This document shows, in pieces, positions 58,936-64,000 of a stretch of DNA of 64,000 nt (position 1 is its first letter; the number at the start of each line of letters is the position of its first letter). Where the stretch lies: NCBI GenBank assembly GCA_050950765.1, contig JBMNIF010000002.1, positions 160,001 to 224,000 on the forward strand, given 5' to 3'. The notes beneath the pieces were generated by a model. It made no database searches. It was not told where the DNA came from and saw only the letters and a program-made list of their open reading frames with translations. The position numbers were made by a program, and so were the translations under genes. This DNA comes from Bdellovibrionota bacterium (GTDB lineage Bacteria > Bdellovibrionota_C > UBA2361 > JAAYZI01).

Positions 58936-59848
58936 CTACCTCTCCGTTTCGTTTCACGATATCAACAAAAACATCTTCTAATGGCATTAACGCTTCTTGA
59001 AGCATTGTAATATTAATCTGATTATCAACTATGGTACGCATTAAGTCGTATAGAGTTTTCCCCTCTCTTAATTTAATGCGCTTTTCATGATCCGTATTAT
59101 CTATACCTACAACAAACGGAATTTCTTCAAGACACGCTTCTTTATTAACAATAATACAATCCCCGCCGTACTTTCTTTGTATTTCAGAAACTGCGCCTTC
59201 AACAACGATCCTGCCGCGATACATCATCACGATCTTGTCACACAACTTCTCTACCTCATTCATCATATGAGTTGAAAGCAGAACCAGACTACCACTGGAT
59301 CGCAACTCACAGATAACACTCCGCACTAACCTGATATTAACAGGATCTAAGCCATAAAACGGCTCGTCCAAGATAACCACTTGCGGTGTATGTACAAGAC
59401 AGGCGATTAACTGAACCTTAAACGACATCCCTTTGGAAAGAGCTGCTATCTTAGCGTTAGTCCAATCCGATAATTCGAAACGTTCCAGAAGATCAAGGCT
59501 ACGCTTTTTTGATTCTTTATGAGTTAGCCCTTTCAACATCCCCAAATATACCAGTTGTCTAAGAACAGTTTCATCTTGATAGAGACCACGTTCTTCAGGC
59601 ATATAACCTACAACACTGCGCAACTTAGCCGTCAACTCGGATAACGGCTTGTCATTAACCAAAACTCGTCCTGCATTTGGTCGAACGATACCGAGAAATA
59701 CCTTGAGCATCGTACTTTTCCCAGCGCCGTTTGGTCCTAAAATTCCAAAAACCTCTCCAGATTGTGCGCTCCACGAAACGTTATCTAATGCCTTAATTAA
59801 ATCAGGAGTATGATACTCCTTACAAACACCCTCAAAAGATATCTTCAT
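58910..59848 (-). CDS. ABC transporter ATP-binding protein (NatA/YhaQ-like)
   Basis: GPNGAGKS, GYMPEERGLY, LSKGM, ILDEPFYGLDPVN and STH motifs. Confidence 0.93.
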   Translation of the reverse strand: MKISFEGVCKEYHTPDLIKALDNVSWSAQSGEVFGILGPNGAGKSTMLKVFLGIVRPNAGRVLVNDKPLSELTAKLRSVVGYMPEERGLYQDETVLRQLVYLGMLKGLTHKESKKRSLDLLERFELSDWTNAKIAALSKGMSFKVQLIACLVHTPQVVILDEPFYGLDPVNIRLVRSVICELRSSGSLVLLSTHMMNEVEKLCDKIVMMYRGRIVVEGAVSEIQRKYGGDCIIVNKEACLEEIPFVVGIDNTDHEKRIKLREGKTLYDLMRTIVDNQINITMLQEALMPLEDVFVDIVKRNGEVDVKNSSAL

Positions 59849-60010
59849 GCCATCTCTATCTCAAAACCGTACCAATTCAGGCAGATAGATCTCTGCCTAG
59901 AAATACAACAACTACCCTTAAGATGTAGATACGGGAGTAAGGTGTTTATAAAAAATCACTAAATGCCTCTATTTAACAGAAAAAACCTGATAAATAATTT
60001 AGATTATTTT

Positions 60011-60026
60011 CGGTTCGGAATTTGCA
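60011..60026 (+). promoter_or_regulatory. weak sigma54 promoter candidate
   Basis: CGGTTCGGAATTTGCA (GG-N10-GC, TTGC), 105 bp before 60131. Confidence 0.3.
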
Positions 60027-60130
60027 TAGATCATTAACGGGAGAGTTTATACGGCAAATTTTGGCAACTTTTACCTTAAATCAAAGGTATCGGAGACAAA
60101 TATTTGACACTTTTTACCTAGTGAGTACCT

Positions 60131-60883
60131 ATGCGGCGAATAAATAGTGATGAAGCTTGGCGTTTTATACCGCCTGAAGAAAAGATTGAAATTATGACAA
60201 AAGCTCATGCCAAAGGGGTTATGTCATCACTTATAGTAATTTTACTAGGTGCAACCTGTGCAGCAGCGCTTAAAATACCGTGGCTGTTATGGAGTGTTTT
60301 AATCTGCTCACCTCTAGTCTTTCAATTTTCATCAGGAAAAGCGTGGCGTAATTTAAAACCTGCTACTACACTACGCTACCTTGCAGCACGTTCAGCTGCT
60401 CGTCGTTATGCCTATTCAGCAGAAGCAGAAGATCTATCTCCACGACTGATGTTACGCGGTACCATTGAACAGATCCCTGATGATGAAAAAGACAAGTTGG
60501 TACTCTCTATGCTTGGAGAAAGAGCTACCGATGTTTGGATAACTCTATTTAGCGATACTATCGTTATCCTTTCAGAACAGCTAGGCGGCGCTACCTTAGA
60601 ATTATCGCATCCGATTAACCAATTTTTAGAGGTAACTTTAAATCCCGACACCCCCTCCCACATCGGAGAAGCCTTCTTACATATCAAAGACAACGAGAAT
60701 GTACGTAAATTTAAACTAACCACTCCGTTTCCTGCTGCCTTAGTTGCTTTTGTACAGAAATATCAGATATTTCTTGAAGAGAACAAAGATGATATGCAAC
60801 GTAGAGGACGCACTATGGGGCTGCAACTTGGTGAAGATGAAGAGGTAGATCCGCTTTTACGTCTTGATAATTTACAGATGTAA
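60131..60883 (+). CDS. hypothetical membrane protein (two N-terminal TM helices)
   Basis: 250-aa clean ORF with a hydrophobic hairpin at about aa 30-65. Confidence 0.75.
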   Translation: MRRINSDEAWRFIPPEEKIEIMTKAHAKGVMSSLIVILLGATCAAALKIPWLLWSVLICSPLVFQFSSGKAWRNLKPATTLRYLAARSAARRYAYSAEAEDLSPRLMLRGTIEQIPDDEKDKLVLSMLGERATDVWITLFSDTIVILSEQLGGATLELSHPINQFLEVTLNPDTPSHIGEAFLHIKDNENVRKFKLTTPFPAALVAFVQKYQIFLEENKDDMQRRGRTMGLQLGEDEEVDPLLRLDNLQM

Positions 60884-61066
60884 GTTAAGTGTCTACTATT
60901 TTACTATATATCCCTACGAAACAACTCTTATAGCAAAAGAAGCTTTTTCCCCTTACACACAGAACGACTCTTATAATAAAAGAGATTTTTTTTCACCCCC
61001 CTTAACTTTACAGATACCTACATTTTGTTTAAAGTTTTAAAAAGGTGTTAAGGAGGAAGCTTTATA

Positions 61067-62212
61067 ATGATTAAACGGAAAAATCGTGTTTTTATCTCAC
61101 TTCTATCCTCTTTTTATATTATATTCTTCCCACTATTAACTAAAGCAGAGGAGCCACTTGTAGTAGAAAATAGAGGGATCTCCATAGCGATCTCTACTGC
61201 AAAGAATCAAGATTTCACGATTCAACTAACCTCTCCTAAGATAACGTTAAAGAAGGTCTTTAATATCGATAAACCGTCGCGTATCGTAATTGATATTACG
61301 GGAGTTGCTTTTGATAAAACAGATCCTATTAAGATTAACTCTGACCTGATAAAAAAGATTAGACTTGGTAATCACAAACTTTTTTCGCGTCTAGTCTTAG
61401 ATCTAAAGGATACACACACACCTCAGTACACATATACAGAAGAGGAATCATCTTTAACTATAACCGTTATAGCTAACAAAAAAAATAAGACTGTAACGCC
61501 CTCGCCCACTGCTACAACACCTCTATTAGAAGTAACCCCCACACAGAAACCAGAAACCTCTCCAATTACTACACCATCAGAAACACCTACTAAAACACCC
61601 TCTCCTTCACCCTCCGTAACACCTACCTACGGATCTGATAAAACTTTTTCCGCTACCCCCTCAACACCTACTAAAACACCTTCTCCTTCACCCTCCGTAA
61701 CATCTACACAAACACCTGATGTGTCTCTTTCCGCTACCCCCTCAACACCTACTAAAACACCCTCTCCTTCGCCCTCCGTAACGCCTACCTACGGATCTGA
61801 TAAAACTTTTTCCGCTACCCCCTCTGCAAGACCTGAGCCACAGATAACAGAGACTTTAAAAGAGAAACCTTCCCCCACCTCATCCTCAAAAATTGCTCTT
61901 AATGCAATTCTCTTTAATCATGATGCAAACGGAGCTCCCCTTTTAGCATTTAACTTAACTGCAAAAAGTCGTTTTTCACTAAATAAAACTGGAGAAAAAG
62001 AATACACTTTATCAATTCAAAACTGCACAGTTGAAAAAGAACACCTAAAACTCCCTTACTTCCCTCCACAAGATTTTAAAGGACTTACCCTTATTCAAGT
62101 AACAGATACAGAAAATGAGGCAAAACTTAATATAAAAATACATACAGAGGTTAATACAAAGATAACTGCGTTACCTTCTGGAACAGAGATTTTAATTAAA
62201 GTGTTAGAATAA
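61067..62212 (+). CDS. secreted AMIN-domain protein with a Pro/Thr/Ser linker
   Basis: Signal peptide; FNIDKPSRIVIDI...IRLG...RLVLDL AMIN pattern; AGGAGG RBS. Confidence 0.8.
   Translation: MIKRKNRVFISLLSSFYIIFFPLLTKAEEPLVVENRGISIAISTAKNQDFTIQLTSPKITLKKVFNIDKPSRIVIDITGVAFDKTDPIKINSDLIKKIRLGNHKLFSRLVLDLKDTHTPQYTYTEEESSLTITVIANKKNKTVTPSPTATTPLLEVTPTQKPETSPITTPSETPTKTPSPSPSVTPTYGSDKTFSATPSTPTKTPSPSPSVTSTQTPDVSLSATPSTPTKTPSPSPSVTPTYGSDKTFSATPSARPEPQITETLKEKPSPTSSSKIALNAILFNHDANGAPLLAFNLTAKSRFSLNKTGEKEYTLSIQNCTVEKEHLKLPYFPPQDFKGLTLIQVTDTENEAKLNIKIHTEVNTKITALPSGTEILIKVLE
61582..61824 (+). repeat. intragenic 81-bp tandem repeat x3 (27-aa unit)
   Basis: AACACCTACTAAAACACC... at 61582, 61663 and 61744, encoding TPTKTPSPSPSVT...SATPS. 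Confidence 0.95.
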
Positions 62213-62392
62213 TAGAAAAGCTCTCTCCCTCCTGCTAATTCTACTATTCTCTATGCCAACTAATAAAAACAATCTATTCTATCTATTTTTTAATTATCTC
62301 CTTTTCCACCTTTCATAAAATAAGGTATGAATAGGATAGTAATAATTTACTAAAGAAAATTATCACCTTAATTTCTTATTTTTCGAGGTGTT

Positions 62393-64000
62393 ATGACCTA
62401 CACAAAAACATTTCTCGGATGGGACGAACCGTGCTTAGAAAAAGCAGCTCAATTTTTAATCGAAAAATACAGTAACGATTCGAATTTTATCGACATGAGT
62501 ACAACCCTCGTCATCCTTCCCGGAAAACGATCGGGAAGACGCTTACAAGAGCTACTCACTTTTTTTGCAGATAAGGCAGACTTAGCCCTTATCCCCCCTG
62601 CTTTCACAACGATCGGATCATTATTAGAGATATTTTTTGTTCACGAGCAAAAGATAGCTCCAAAAATGACGAAACTACTAAGTTGGGTGAAAGCTCTCTT
62701 AACTTTTGAAAAAGAAGAGCTGCGCCCTATCTTACCCTTTCCACCTAAAGATGACGATATCTCGGGATGGTTAACAGTAGCAGAGCTATATAACAAGATC
62801 TATCAAGAGTTATCAGCGGCAGGGCTTTCATATCAAAGTGTGGTTAATAAGTTAAATGGATATGATGGATACAATGATGATGAAAGGTGGTCAGTTTTAG
62901 AAAAAGTTTGCCTAAGATATATAGATATCCTTAAACAACACGATCTCGTTGATGAATACACCTTACAAGGGGAATATCAAAAGCTACAACCATTAACACC
63001 ATCTCCGTATCAAGAGCTCTTTCTGGTGGCTGTTACTGATTTAAATACTGTTACAAAAGAGCTTTTAAAAGCTCTTCCTATTCCAATAAATATCTTAATC
63101 CACGCTCCACAAAGTTTAGCTGCAGGCTTTGATGATTTCGGCTCAATCAAACAGGAGTATTGGGAGAACTATCCGATTCAAATATCAGATCAAAAAATCA
63201 TTATCACTGATAAACCGGCGGATCAGGCTAAAATCATCACTGAATTATTAACAGACGTATCACCTGAAGATGCAACCATCGGAGTTATAAATCCGGAAAT
63301 CGAGCCCTATATTATCCAAACCTTACGGCAAAAGAAGATGCCTGCTAATACCGTTTCTGGAGTCGCTATAATATCAACACCCCCCGTAGCATTCTTAAAA
63401 AGTTGCAAAGAATACCTACAAAAAAATAGATTTAACGAACTTTCCAACTTAATACGACACTTAGATATTCAACTATTCTTATCTGCAAATGATACTTCCG
63501 AAAGTTACTTAGACTTAACAGCTTTAGATAATTATCAAGCTTCTCACTTACAAGGTTTCTTATCGAACAAACTTCCTGATAGTACTGATAAGGATCACGC
63601 TGCCACAAGCGCACAGAGAGAAAAAATCGATCAACTCCTCGCTCCCTTTAAGAAAGATCATTTACTACTGGCTGAGTGGTGCCCTTTAATCGCACACTTA
63701 ATTATTGATGTTTTTGGCAGCACCTCTTTTGATCAATCCTTGCCGGAAGATTCAATCATTATTCACGTCTGCACTGCTATCAAAGATACTTTAGATCAAT
63801 GCTCTTTTGCTCCGAAAGATCTACTAAAGCCGATCTCGGGCGCTAACGCAATTGATATCGTACTCCGTTTTTTAGAGAGTATGACGATTCCGATTGAAGG
63901 TGATACAACAGATCTAGAGATCTTAAGGTGGCTAGAAATCTTACTTGATGATGCACCGTTTCTCATTTTAAGTGGATTTAATGAAGTTTTTATCCCTGAG
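62393..64000 (+). CDS. AddB/RecC-like ATP-dependent helicase-nuclease subunit, truncated by the right edge
   Basis: ATG 62393 after GAGGTG. Translated N-terminus MTYTKTFLGWDEPCLEKAAQFL...TLVILPGKRSGRRLQELL resembles AddB-type inactive helicase subunits. Absent from the ORF track, consistent with no in-window stop. Confidence 0.7.
   Translation, partial: MTYTKTFLGWDEPCLEKAAQFLIEKYSNDSNFIDMSTTLVILPGKRSGRRLQELLTFFADKADLALIPPAFTTIGSLLEIFFVHEQKIAPKMTKLLSWVKALLTFEKEELRPILPFPPKDDDISGWLTVAELYNKIYQELSAAGLSYQSVVNKLNGYDGYNDDERWSVLEKVCLRYIDILKQHDLVDEYTLQGEYQKLQPLTPSPYQELFLVAVTDLNTVTKELLKALPIPINILIHAPQSLAAGFDDFGSIKQEYWENYPIQISDQKIIITDKPADQAKIITELLTDVSPEDATIGVINPEIEPYIIQTLRQKKMPANTVSGVAIISTPPVAFLKSCKEYLQKNRFNELSNLIRHLDIQLFLSANDTSESYLDLTALDNYQASHLQGFLSNKLPDSTDKDHAATSAQREKIDQLLAPFKKDHLLLAEWCPLIAHLIIDVFGSTSFDQSLPEDSIIIHVCTAIKDTLDQCSFAPKDLLKPISGANAIDIVLRFLESMTIPIEGDTTDLEILRWLEILLDDAPFLILSGFNEVFIPE

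Noticed and set aside
1984..63614. Numerous short ORFs antisense to or nested in identified genes (e.g. 2526..2849, 25380..25709, 38873..39184, 51925..52320, 63432..63614)
   Set aside because: Shadow ORFs of well-supported genes, with no motifs or RBS.

Overview
An AT-rich bacterial chromosome segment from a diderm (lolA, pal, WaaL-like ligase) that probably tolerates or prefers low oxygen (desulfoferrodoxin). The flhB-flhA-flhG-fliA block with sigma54-type promoters looks deltaproteobacterial/Bdellovibrionota-like, but the taxon cannot be fixed from this window. About 48 CDSs are mostly housekeeping: thrA, dinB, mnmA, PIN-PhoH, lolA, murL-murD2, ftsK, an M16 peptidase pair, rarA, pal, tgt, yajC-secD-secF, two ABC exporters, GH13 and GH57 glucanases, and an AddB-like gene running off the right edge. 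I recognised no tRNA, rRNA, CRISPR array or intact transposase/integrase. The most unusual signal is non-coding: eight intergenic arrays (about 3.9 kb, roughly 6% of the window) built on a 10-bp near-palindromic core, GGTGCCACCC. The cores are separated by a small pool of reusable modules whose left and right halves are shuffled, and one module carries an IHF consensus site. These arrays sit where conserved gene pairs are split (ftsK/lolA by murL-murD2; tgt/yajC by two small genes) and beside orphan genes. Two of those orphans are each bracketed by an inverted copy of their own leader and carry boxA-like motifs. Other oddities are a frameshifted hsdM relic, a 213-bp tandem duplication, and no flhF between flhA and flhG.
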